DNA of 28,330 nt, taken from contig NC_057749.1 of the NCBI RefSeq assembly GCF_004010195.1, positions 26,520,591-26,548,920 on the forward strand, given 5' to 3'. Origin of the DNA: Chiloscyllium plagiosum. Taxonomy: Eukaryota. The number at the start of each line of letters is the position of its first letter. The first letter of the stretch is position 1. Of the stretch, positions 11,250 through 22,299 are shown piece by piece. The translations under genes and the position numbers were made by a program. Below the pieces are notes generated by a model, which was not told the origin of the DNA, ran no database searches, and was given only the letters and a program-made list of their open reading frames with translations.

Positions 11250-11600
11250 AGAAAAAACTCAAAAGATGCTTCAGATACAAAAACGATAGGGCTGAAAGAA
11301 GAGAAATCAGGAGCAATGACTGAAAGATGGGAGCATGAAAGGTTTTTTTTAAAAAAGGGGAAAGGAAGGTATAGAGGCAGATATAAGGAAAGAATTACAG
11401 ATCTTTGGGCTCAAATGGCTTTAAGGGTAGAGAATACACCAGAAGGACATTATGTAATTGTTGACTTGCCAGAGGTATCAAGGTTGGAGGTTGAAGGAGA
11501 GTGATAACCTATGTTGACCAGCAAACACAGAGGGTGCATAAAGCCTGGTACAAAATGTACTACAAGGCTGAGACAAGATTTTTGAAGCTCAGAGGCTGGA
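11250..11600 (-). mobile_element. Possible very old L2-type LINE 3' remnant
   Basis: Purine-rich tract with ggaaagaattacagatctttgggctc, reminiscent of antisense L2 3' ends. Weak. Confidence 0.3.
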
Positions 11601-11650
11601 AAGTCCGTGCTTTATTTTTCACTTATGCACAGTGAACTTACATTCAAATC

Positions 11651-11840
11651 AATGATGTGGAGGTGCCAGTGTTGGACTGGGTTGAATAAAGTTAAAAATC
11701 ACAATACCAGGTTATAGTCCAGAAGGTTTATTTGGAAGCACTGGTCCTCCATCAGGTGGTTGTGGAATATAAGATCATAAGACACAGAATTTAGAGCAGA
11801 AGATTACAGTCCCATACAGTAATATATTGAACTAACCTGG
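11651..11840 (-). mobile_element. Penelope-like family C terminal fragment
   Basis: Reverse-complement homolog of 27180-27272 (aataaacct..tggactataacctggt...ccagtccaacactggcacctccacatcat). Confidence 0.72.
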
Positions 11841-12000
11841 TTTGGCCCTCAAAACCATTCCTATTCATGTACCCAGCCTATGCCTTTTAAATGTTGTAAT
11901 TGTACCAGCCTCCACTACCTCCTCTAGCACTCATTCCAAACACACAACACCCTCTATGTGAAAAGCTACCCCTCAGGTCCCTTTTAAATCTTTCCCCTCA

Positions 12001-12328
12001 GAATCCCTACAGTGTGGAAACAGGCCCTTCGGCCCAGCAAGTCCACACCTACCCTCCCAAAGAGTAATCCACCGAGACCATATATTTTCCCCTGACTAAT
12101 GCACCTAACCTACACATCCCTAAACACTATGGACAATTTAGCATGGCCAATTCACCTAACCTGCACATCTTTAGATTGTGGGAGGAAACCAGAGCACCCG
12201 GAGGAAACCCACGCAGACACAGGAAGAATGTGCAATCGCAACACAGACAATCGCCCAAGGCAGGAATTGAACTCGGGTCCCTGGTGCTGTGAGGCAGCAA
12301 TGTTAACCACTGAGCCACCGTGCCGCCC
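12001..12328 (-). mobile_element. Full-length HE1 SINE
   Basis: Minus strand: gggcggcacggtggctcagtgg (A box), gagttcaattcc (B box), V-domain, and tail gggcctgtttccacactgtagggattct. Confidence 0.92.
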
Positions 12329-12838
12329 TCTTACCTTAAACCTACGTCTTGTAGTTTTGGACTTACTTACCCGAAGAAAAAGATCTGGTCTATTTACCCT
12401 ATTCAATCCCCTCATGATTGTATAAACCTCTATCAGGTCACCACTGTCTCTGACGATCCAGGAACAACATCCTTCCAATAGAATAGCGACAAGAATTGTA
12501 CACAGTATTCCAAATAATAGGCCTAACCATGGTCTTGTACAGCCATAACATGACATCCCAACTCCTACACTCAATGTTATGACCAATGACATACCTGACC
12601 AATGACACCATCCTGCCTACCTGTGGCTCCAATTTCAAGATACAATGCACCTGCACCCCAAGATCTCTTTGCTTGGCAACACTCCCCAGGGCCCTACTAC
12701 TAACTGTACAATTTCTGGTTTGCCTTACCAAGATGCAATAACTCATATTTATCGAAAATTAAACTCCATCTGCCACTCCTCAGCCCATTATTTCATCTGA
12801 CTGTTGTACTTGGAGATAATCTTCTTCACTGTCCACTA

Positions 12839-13531
12839 GGAGAAAGTGAGGACTGCAGATGCTGGAGATCAGAGTCAAAAAGTGTGGCACTGGAAAAGTA
12901 CAGCAGATCAGGCAGCGTCCGAGGAGTAGGAGAATCAATGTTTCGAGCATAAACTCTTCATCAGGAATGTGGGATGCACCAAAGGGGCTGAGAGATAAAT
13001 GAGAGGGAGGTGGGGCTGGGGGAAAGGTAGCTAGGAATGTGATAAGTAGCTGAAGGTGGGGTGGGTGATGGTGATAGGTTGGAGTTGAGGGTGGAGTGGA
13101 TAGGTGGGAAGGAAGATGGACAGGTAGGACAGTTCAAGAAGGCGGTGCCAAGTTGGAGGCTTGGATCTGGAATAAGTGGGGGGGTGGGGAGATGAGGAAA
13201 CTGGTGAAATTGGCATTGATTCAGTGTGGTTGGAATGTTCCAAGACAGAAGGTGAGGTTTTCTTCTTCCAGTCATCAGGTGGCTAGGATTTGGCACTGGA
13301 GGAGGCCCGTAACTTACATGTCTTTGGCGGAGTGGGATCCAAATTGTGATGGTTTGAATGTATTCAGGAGTCCATATTTGATCAGTCGGTTGCACAGGCA
13401 GACACTGAGGCAGGAGATGTGACTGTGGTAGTGGGTCTGCTTCTGAACGTGGCTGAAGAGCTTCAGGGCAGAGGAGAAGACCTGGGTGAGGTGCAGTGAG
13501 AGACAGACTCACTGAGATCCTCGTAGAGAAG
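12839..13531 (-). mobile_element. Penelope-like family A element, internally deleted (ORF N-terminus joined to GIY-YIG C-terminus plus terminal repeat)
   Basis: Minus-strand SHSAKDM*VTGLLQCQ...LEEENLTFCLGTFQPH*INANF is a GIY-YIG tail. LFSHVQKQTHYHSHISCLSVCLCNRLI is an N-terminal remnant. Flanked by the imperfect duplication actgtccacta / actgtcccatta. Confidence 0.8.
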
Positions 13532-14459
13532 ACTGTCCCATTACACCTATTTGGTGTACTCTGCAAATGTCCTTTTGAAGCTGTTCTTGATATTTTTGGG
13601 AGAGATCATTTCTGGTTTTTGGGCTCCTTTTGGTTTTCAGTGGCTCCCTTTTCCTTCTCCCAAATGCCTTTACTCAGTGATGCCCTCTGGCTGAAGAAAT
13701 TCCTCATTCCAGATCTAAAGGGTTATCCCTTCACTGAGGTTCTGTTCTCCCGTCGTGGTTTCTCCTAGTCATGGAAACATCTTCTCCACAGCCACTCGAT
13801 CCAGGTTTCGCAATATTCTGTAAGTTTCAAATCAGAACCCCCCATCCTTCTAAACTCCACTGAGTACAGACCAAGTTCTCATATGACAAGCCTTCATCAG
13901 CAGAATCATTCTTGTAAACCTCCTCTGGACCCCCTTCAATACCAGCACATCTTTCCATAGTTTTGGGGCTCAAAACTGCTCACAATATTCCAATTGCAGT
14001 CTGACCAGAGCCTTATACAGCCTCAGCAGTATGTTACTTCCTGCTCTTGTATTTGAGCTCTCTCGAAATGAATGCTAACATTGCATTGGCCTTCCTAACT
14101 GCTAACAGAACCTGAAGATTTATCTTAAGAGAAACCTGAACTAGGACTCCCAAGTTCTTTTGTACTTTAGATTTCCAAACCCTTTTTACATTTAGAAAAT
14201 AGTCTATGCCTCTATGATTCCAAAGTGCAAAATCTCACACTTTTCCACGTTGTATTTCATCTGCCATTTCTTTGCCCACTCTCTTAGCCTGTCCAAGTCC
14301 TTCTGTAGCCTTTCCACTTACTCAACATTACCTACCCCTCCATCTATCTTTGCATCATTTACAAACTTGGCAAAAACATTCTCAGTTCCTTCGTCCAGAT
14401 CATTAATGCAAACCCAGCACTCTAAACTCCTATCAACAACTAAGGTCAGGCTAACGTTT

Positions 14460-14620
14460 CTTGCATTCACTCACAGGATGAGGGCATTTCTGGCTAGGCC
14501 ATCATTTGTCGCAATCCCTACTTGCCCAGAGGACAGTTAAGAGTCACCACATTGCTGTGGGTCTGGAGTCACATGTAGGTCAGACAAAGTAAGGATGGCA
14601 GTTTTCTTCCCTAAAGGATA
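14460..14620 (-). mobile_element. SINE 3' fragment (same family as 7545-7920)
   Basis: cagttaagagtcaccacattgctgtgggtctggagtcacatgtaggtcagac is shared with 7643-7697. Confidence 0.75.
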
Positions 14621-16147
14621 GTGGCCTATAAATTCCTTTCTTCTGCCTCTCTCCCTTCTTAAACAGGGGTGTTACATTAGCTATTTTCCAGTCCTTTGAG
14701 ACTCTTGCTGACGCCAAATATTCCTAAAAGATCACCATCAGTGCCTATCCAATTGCCTCAGCTATTTCTTTCAGAACTCTGGGATGTAGTCCATCTGGTC
14801 TGGGTGATTTCTCCATTATCAGATCTTTCAATTTCCCCAGAATCTTCTCCTTCATGATAGTCTCTACATTCACCTCTGCTCTTGACTCTCTCGAAGGTCT
14901 GGTATGCTGCTCATGTCTTCCACTGTGAAAACTGGTGCAAAGTACCTATTCAGTGTTGTTCCCCATTACTATTTTTCCAGCCTTATTTACCTGTGGTCCA
15001 AAGTCCATTTTTGCCTTTCTTACATTTTATAAATCTAAAAAACCTTGTGCAACCTTCTTTTAAATTTCTAGCTAGCTTGTCCTCATATTTCATCTTCTCC
15101 ACTATTGCTTTTTTTTTAATTCTCCTCTACTGGTTTTTAGAGGCTTCCCAATCCTTTGGCTTTCCATTAATCTTCACCACATTGTATGCTTTTTCTTTTA
15201 TGCTGCCCTTGACTTCTCTGGTCAGCCATGGTTGCCTTGTCCTCCCCTTAGTAAGTTTCTTCTTCTCTGGGATGAATTTCTGCTGTGCCTCCCAAATTAC
15301 CCTCAGAAACTCCTGCCATTCCTCCTCTACTATCTTCCCTGCTCGGCTCCCCTTCCAATCAGTTCTGGCCAGCTCCTCCCTCAGGTCTTTGCAGTTACTT
15401 TTACTCAAATTGTTATGTGGTTACATCTGATTCAAGCTTCTCCCTCTCAAAATGCAGGGTGAATTTGATCATATTATGGTCACTGCCCCCCAGGGGCTCC
15501 TTCGCCTCCGTCTAGTTAAACATCACCAAATCCAGAATTGCCTGATACCTAATGAGCTTTACCACAAGCTTCTCCAAAAAAACCATCTCGTATACATTCT
15601 ACAAATTCTTTTTCTTCTGATCTGCAATCAACCAAGTTGTCCCAGTCCACCTGCATATTGAAGTCCAACCAAGATTGTAATCGTGCCTTTTCTATCTGCT
15701 GATTTATTTTCTGCCCCACAACATGACCATATTAAATGAATATTAAAATTAAATACTTACCTCACGAACCAGCAGCCTACATTTCAGCAGCAAGTATCAA
15801 GGGAGTGCGAGCTGCGGGCAGTTGGGAAGTGAAGTATTTAACTTACCTCATGAATCAGCAGAACAAAGGCTGAACGGGAGCGGAAATAGCCATGGTGCCT
15901 GCTGGATAAGTTAACTAATAGATTCGTGCAGTGGCTAAACCCGAAACACTACACTGTTTTCCACTTGTAGGGTCTCGCACTTGACCTCCTCCTCTAACCA
16001 AAGAAAGACTGTGGGGAGGTAAGGATTTTTAAAAATCTCTTTTGGCAATTTACAGCAGGGGATGGAAGCTACGGCAGTTGCATGCGTCACCATTAGCGTA
16101 CCTGCTGACTTCACCTGCAAGTGGAACCAACTCCAGCTCCTCAGAGC

Positions 16148-16580
16148 TTTATTATTTTATTTTAATCTTAAAATGAATGTATTTAAAATACCAGATAGTA
16201 AAAGAAAATTCAACAAAATAATCCCCACTCATTGCTGCGAATCTACATTCTCCTACTTAACCAAAATCAAGACGCCCTTAAGGTCACAAATGACGGATAC
16301 CCATCCAGAGGATCAGCTAAAACTGCAGACCTCCATGCTGCAACCAAATACTCAAATGCTTTCCTACAAAAAGCAGTCACAACAAAGCCATTAAAAGGTT
16401 AGTTAACTTTAGAATTAACTTTTTTTTCATTTTTTTTTAGTTAGTTAGTACATAGTAGTTAGATTTTTACAAAATAAATGAATTTTGAAGAATATATAAT
16501 TGAAGTTTCTTGGATGCGGCCTTATTAGACTACAATTAACATAATGCGGTCTTCCAACATGAAGAGGTTCCCCATCTCTG
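16148..16580 (+). mobile_element. hAT (Charlie/SPIN-like) DNA transposon 3' fragment
   Basis: THCCESTFSYLTKIKTPLRSQMTDTHPEDQLKL...KKQSQQSH* is a hAT C-terminal dimerization motif. Ends aggttccccatctctg, a hAT-like right TIR. Confidence 0.8.
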
Positions 16581-16770
16581 ATTTGGGAGGTGTAGGGGGC
16601 GATTAGAGAGGAGTAATAGGGAGGTAGTCACACCTAAGTTACAAGATAAACATAGCTGGGTGATCGTCAGGAGAGGGAAAGGAAATAGGTAAATCAGTGC
16701 AAGGATCCCCTGTGGCCATTTCCCTCAATAATAAGTATACCACTTTGGATACTGTTGTCGAGGGTGACGT

Positions 16771-16838
16771 ACCAGGGGAAAGCCACAGTGGCCAGGTCTC
16801 TGGCACCAGGGGAAAGCCACAGTGGCCAGGTCTCTGGC
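16771..16838. repeat. 34-bp perfect tandem duplication in CR1 ORF1
   Basis: accaggggaaagccacagtggccaggtctctggc twice. Confidence 0.92.
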
Positions 16839-17702
16839 ACTGAGACTGGCTCTGTGGCTCAGAAGGGAAGTGGGGAGAATAGGACAGCAACAGTGATAGG
16901 AGATACAATGGTTAGAGGAACAGACAGGAGATTCTGTGGTCGCCAAAAAGACTCCTGGATGGTATGTTGCCTCCCTAGTGCCAGAGTCAGAGGTGCCTCT
17001 GACTGAGTCTACAGGATTCTGAAGGGGGAGGGAGAGCAGCCAGAAGTCGTGATACACATTGGCACCAATGACATAGGTAGGGAAAGAGATAAGGACCTGA
17101 AAAGTCAATATAGGGAGTTAGGTTGGAAGCTAAAAGGCAGAATGAACAGTGCAGTAACCTCAGGATTGCTATGGATTGTTCTATGACCACTTTTGTAGGC
17201 CTGTACATAATGCCCTTTGCAGTTCCTTAACATTACGCACACACATTCTACGCATTCCGACTCTATATCGCTTCTTGCTATCAATGGAATTTCATTTCTT
17301 ACTACAATATCATACCTGCCAATTTCAATCTGCGTTACAAGCTCAGTTACCTTGTTCTTTATACTCTGTATATTTAACCACAACACTCAGTCCTGCCTTG
17401 CTTGTCTCCCCACCCCCTCCATTAGTTGTCCCTTTACCTACTGTAATTAGATTACTGACCCTTTCCATAATCACAGGACACTTTAATAACCTTCTGAGCA
17501 TCCCCTTTTTAACTTATTCTATAAGTTTCCATACAAGTGAACCCAACCACCATTATTTAATTTAAAGTTCTATCCACAATGATTCATCAGGAGTCTGGTC
17601 CTATCAAGGTTCAGGTGGCACCCATCCCATTGGAATAGCTCCCTGCATCTCCAGTCCTGGTGCTAATCTCCCATGAATTCTAACCTGCTTCTCCTAAACC
17701 AA

Positions 17703-19277
17703 GAACTAGGAACACAACAATATAACACATGAAACAGGCCCTTTGACCCTCTAAGCCTGTGCCCTTCCATACTAAAACGGTCTTCATTTACAGGATCTGC
17801 ATCCCTCTCGTCCCTTCCTATTCATGTTTTTGTCCAAGTGCTGCTATTGTGTCTGCTTCCACCACCTCCACTGACAACGCATTTCAGGCACTCATCACCC
17901 TCTGTGAGAAAAATTTCCCTCACATATCTCTTTTAAACTTCTACCCTCGCACCTGGAGCCTGTGTTCCCCTTGTAACTGACCCTCCACCCTGGAAAAAAA
18001 ACCTCATCCCTTCCACTCTATCCATGCTATTCACAATCTTATAAACTTCTATTAGGTCGCCCCTCAACCTCCAGTGAAAACAAACCCAATTTATCCAATC
18101 TTCATGGCTAAAATACTTCATACCATACAACATCCTGATAAACCTTTTCTGTGCCCTCTTCAAAGCATCCACATCCTTCAGGTAATGTGGTAACTAGAAC
18201 TATACACAATATATTCCAAGTGTGGCCTAACTATAAAGCTGCAGCACAACTTGTCTATCCTTAAACTGAATGCCCATTCCAATGAAGGCAAGCATGCAAT
18301 AGGCCTCTTTTACTATGTGTATCTATTTGTGCTGCCATCTTCAGTGGACCTACACACCCAGATCTCTCCGCATATTAATACTCCTAAAGCTTCTGCCATT
18401 CACTGAATAATTTCCACTTGTACTTGACATTCCAAAAGGCATCACCTCACATTTATCCAGATTAAACTCCATCTGCCATTTTTCTGCCATGACTCCAACT
18501 GATCAATATCCAGCTGTATCCTCTTGACATTCCTCCTCATTTTTTGCAACTCCAACAATCTTTGTATCATCTGCAAACTTACTAATTAGACCAGCTATGG
18601 TTTCCTCCAAATCATTTATGTAGATCACAACAGCAGAGGTGCCAACACTGATCCCTGTGGAACATCACTAGTCACAGCTCTCCATTCCAAAAGCATCTTT
18701 CCCCTGCTACCCACTGTCTCCTGTGACTAAGCCAGTTCTGTATCCATCTTGCCAGCTCACCCCGATACCATGTGACTTCACCTTTTGTACCAGTCTGCCA
18801 TGAGGGACCTTGTCAAAGTCTTTACTGAAGTCCAAGCAGACATCAGCTGCTTTTCTCTCATTGTCTTTGTCACCTCCTCAAAAAACTACATCAGGTCAGG
18901 GAGGCACGACCTCCCCTGATGTCTATCATTAGTAAGTCTATTTGCTTCTAAATGCGTATAGATCTTGTCCCTGAGAATCTTTTCCAATAATTTCTCTACC
19001 ACCAAAAGGAGTCTCACAGGCCTTGAATTTCCAAGATTATGTCATTACCCTTCTTAAACAATGGGACAATATTGGCTATTCTCCAGTCCTCTGCAACCTG
19101 ACCTGTGGTCAAAGAAGATGCAAGGATACCTGTCAAAGATCTGGCAATTTGCTCTCTTGCCTCCTTCAAATATTCTGGGATAGATCCCATCAGGATTATG
19201 GAAAGGTTTGCCTTAGAAACTCCATACTCCCTTCCCTGAGATCATCCTCCAACAATTCCTTCTCTTTGGTGATTGAC
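17703..19277 (-). mobile_element. 5'-truncated CR1 nested in ORF1 of an older CR1
   Basis: RLRGDLIEVYKIV and RT motifs. Target-site duplication aaaccaa at 17696-17702 and 19278-19284. Confidence 0.88.
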
Positions 19278-20484
19278 AAACCAATCTTTCAGCCATGCAT
19301 TTACCTCTTTAATCTTGTTGACCCTGTGCCAATTGCATATGGCTCAGGTAGTAATCCAGAAATTACTACTTCTTTGGTTCTGATTTTTAAACTTAGCCCC
19401 TAGCTGCTTATATCCCCTTAGCAGAGCTTCTTTCCTTTCTACCTGTATCATTGGTACCTACATGGATGACGACAACTGAATCATCCCCCTCCCACTCTAA
19501 GTTCCTCTGCAGCCCAGATGCGATAACCTGGGATACCAGGCAGGCACCAAAGCTATTCGGACTTGCGCTCTTTGCCAGAGAGAATAGTGTCTATTCTCTT
19601 GTACTATCCTCAATTACACATGTATCTGCAAAGAATTTATCATCTCAGTAATTTAAAGTTATTTGGCTCCTAATTAGCGGAGTATTCCTTTGTTGACAAG
19701 TTTTAAACTGTTCATTTGCAGTTTTCCTCTAACTGGTTGCCTTCACAATTAAATTTTCCTGCCTATTTTGAGGACAGGTTTACTCACTGTACTGCATGAT
19801 TCAGCCCTGGTCCAGAGAATCAGCACGTGTGCCTGCACTGGATTCCAGGTGCCAGGAAAATTGTCTCCAGTTAAAATGAGAGCAGGATAGGTCCACTCTC
19901 AAATTGCAGCACTGACAAATGGATGTAAATTAGCCTCAATAATGAGTCACTTGATACCAATAAACTAAATGTTCAAGGGAATTACTGGGACACCCAAGTT
20001 TCCTCACATATCCAACATGGTACCCAGCAAACTGGCCAGGTTTCCTGGAGCTTCTCAGAGGAAGCTCTCAATGACAAGCACCTCACCCAGATTGAGGGAT
20101 CCAGCATCAGGAAGCAGGCATCCACTGATAATCCCACATCTTCCTACTATTACACCTCAGACTCCTAGCAATGATCCCTGGTGAAGACCACAAAGCTGCG
20201 GAGGAAGTGCAGAGCTTCTGGTCTCTGACTGGTCAGCAGCTCTTTCTGCTCCTGAGAGTGAGTCCTAAGTCTTTTGGATGCAAGTTAAGTCCCTCAGGAC
20301 TCCCCCACAAATGTGACAAAGACACTGTGACCATAGAGAAGGTACAAACCTAAGGTCTATACCATCTTTTACAAGGTTTGCACAGGAGACATTGAACAAT
20401 ACTCAGGGATTCACAGGATGTGGATGGCACTGGCTAGGCAAGTATTTATTGCATATCCCTAACTGCCATTGAATTGCTTTCTTA

Positions 20485-20543
20485 GGGGAGAAAGTGAGGT
20501 CTGCAGATGCTGGAGATCAAAGTTGAAACTTTATTGCTGGAAC
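20485..20543 (-). mobile_element. 59-bp Penelope family A 3'-terminal fragment flanked by a 78-bp direct repeat
   Basis: ggagaaagtgaggtctgcagatgctggagatca matches 12839-12871. Flanks 20407-20484 and 20544-20621 are identical. Confidence 0.88.
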
Positions 20544-20702
20544 GGATTCACAGGATGTGGATGGCACTGGCTAGGCAAGTATTTATTGCATATCCCTAAC
20601 TGCCATTGAATTGCTTTCTTAAACCACTGCAGTCTATTGGTCCACAATGTCATTAGGTAGGGAGTTCCAAGATTTTGACCCAGCGACCCTGAAAGAACAG
20701 TG

Positions 20703-22093
20703 AACATAGAACGATATGGCGCAGGACAGGTCCTTCAGCCCTCGATGTTGTGCCAACCTGTGAATTAATCTAAGCCCATCCCCCTATACTATCCCATCAT
20801 CATCCATGTGCTTATTCAAGGACTGTTTAAATCTCCCTATTGTGGCTGAGTAACTACATTGGCAGGTAGGGCATTCCATGCCCTTACCACCCTCTGAGTA
20901 AAGAACTTGCCTCTGACATCTGTCTTAAATCTATCACCCCTCAATTTGTAGTTATGCCCCCTTGTACACACTGATGTCATCATCCTAGCAAAAAGACTTC
21001 CACTATCTACCTTATCGAATCCTCTAATCATCTTGTAGGTCTCTATCAAATCCCCTCTTAGCCGTCTTCTCTCCAATGAGAACAGACCCAAGTCTCTCAG
21101 CCTTTCTTCACAAGACCTTCCCTCCAGACCAGGCAACATCCTAGTAAATCTCCTCTGTACCTTTTCCAAAGCTTCCACATGCTTCCTGTAACGGGGCGAC
21201 CAGAACTGTACACAATATTCCAAGTGTGGCCACACCAGCATTTTGTATAGTTGCAGCATGACATTATGGTTCCCAAACTCAATCCCTCTATCAATAACAC
21301 ATAACACACCGTATGTCTTCTTAACAGCACTATCCAACTGGGTGGCAACTTTCAGGGATCTATGTACATGGACTCCAAGATCCCTCTGCACATCCATACT
21401 ATCAAAAATCTTTCCATTGACCCTGTATTCTGCCTTCCTATTATTCTTCCCAAAGTGAATCACCTCACATTTATCTGCATTGAACTCCATTTGCCATCTC
21501 TCAGCCCAATTATCCAAGTCCCCCTGCAACCTTCTCCCTCACTATCCACTAACATTAGTGTCATCTGCAAACTTTCTAACCCATCCACCTATGCCTGCAT
21601 CTAAGCCATAAAAATGACAAACAGCAGTGATCCCAAAACAGATCCTTGTGGCACACCACTAGTAGCCGGACTCCAGGCTGAAAAGTTTCCATCAATCACC
21701 ACTTGCTGCTTTCTTACAGAAAGCCAGTTTCTAATCCAAACTGCTAAATCACCCTCAATCCCATGCCTTTGCATTTTTTCCAACAATCTACCGTATGGAA
21801 CCTTTTCAAATGCTTTACTGAAGTCCATGTATACCATGTCAACTGGCCTACCCTCATCCACATGCTCGGTCAGCTTGTCAAAAAACTCTGCAGTTTTGTG
21901 AGTCATGACCTGCCCTTGACAAAACCATGTTGACTATCTGCATATAAATTGTGACTGGCTAGATGATTATAAATCCTATCTCTTTTAATCTTTTCCAAAG
22001 CTTTTCCTACAGACATAAGGCTCACTGGTCTAAAACTACCTGGGTCATCTCTACTGCCCTTCTTGAACAAGGGCACACATTTGCAAACGTCCA
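20703..22093 (-). mobile_element. CR1 LINE RT domain and 3' end, moderately young
   Basis: ORFs 21601-21906 (YMDFSKAFEKVP, GVPQGSVLG) and 20837-21529 (WQMEFNADKC, HLEYCVQFWSP, QRVVRAWNALP). Confidence 0.94.
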
Positions 22094-22299
22094 GTCCACT
22101 GGTACTAAACCTGACATATTTTCAAGTCTGGATGATGAGTGACTTGGATGGGAGCTTGCAGGGGATGGTGCTCCCATGTATCTGCTGCCTTTGTCCATCT
22201 GGATGTAAGTGGCTATGGGTTTGGAAGGTGCTGTCTGAGGAGCTCTAGCTCCCCTCAAATCAGTCTTTGGTGTACACGGCACAATTTCAAAATTTGTTA

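Larger units (their letters stand above)
11841..13570 (-). mobile_element. CR1 3' part interrupted by an HE1 SINE and a Penelope family A element
   Basis: Peptides GDLIEVYTIMRGLNRV and QRDLGVQVH. CR1 sequence is collinear across both inserts and resumes at about 13532. Confidence 0.85.
15730..17182 (+). mobile_element. CR1 5'UTR + ORF1 (zinc finger/leucine zipper, SGNH esterase) without ORF2
   Basis: MEATAVAC..PADFTCK..QLQLL, then VIGDTMVRGTDRRFCG, MVCCLPSARV, VVIHIGTNDIG. Flanked by atgacca at 15723-15729 and 17183-17189. Confidence 0.82.
13684..19610 (-). mobile_element. Near full-length decayed CR1 (ORF1 esterase + ORF2) split by nested insertions
   Basis: ORF1 VVVIHVGTND (about 19450-19480) and WDGCHLN (about 17610-17630); EN start LNIQSIKNKVTELVTQIE (about 17330-17385); QPWLTREVKGSIKEK; RT tail to about 13690. 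Confidence 0.85.
20407..22245 (-). mobile_element. CR1/L2-type LINE 3' end (family of 3290-4160) interrupted by Penelope and CR1 inserts
   Basis: 20407-20702 and 22095-22245 are reverse-complement homologs of 3880-4145. Confidence 0.75.

Noticed and set aside
12255..12328. tRNA-like A/B boxes
   Set aside because: SINE head, not a tRNA gene; it continues into the HE1 body.
12961..13566. 201-aa proline-rich ORF
   Set aside because: Off-frame reading of a Penelope remnant and its C-rich untranslated tract.
15753..15763. ATACTTACCT resembling the U1 snRNA 5' end
   Set aside because: Downstream sequence is not U1; better read as an antisense splice-donor-like motif.
19824..19841. Possible ChoRE (tandem E-box)
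   Set aside because: The second half-site does not fit CAYGNG-N5-CNCRTG.
20407..20621. Repeat-spacer-repeat resembling a CRISPR unit or LTR pair
   Set aside because: Vertebrate intron, only two repeats, the repeat is LINE tail sequence and the spacer is a Penelope terminus; no TG..CA LTR ends.
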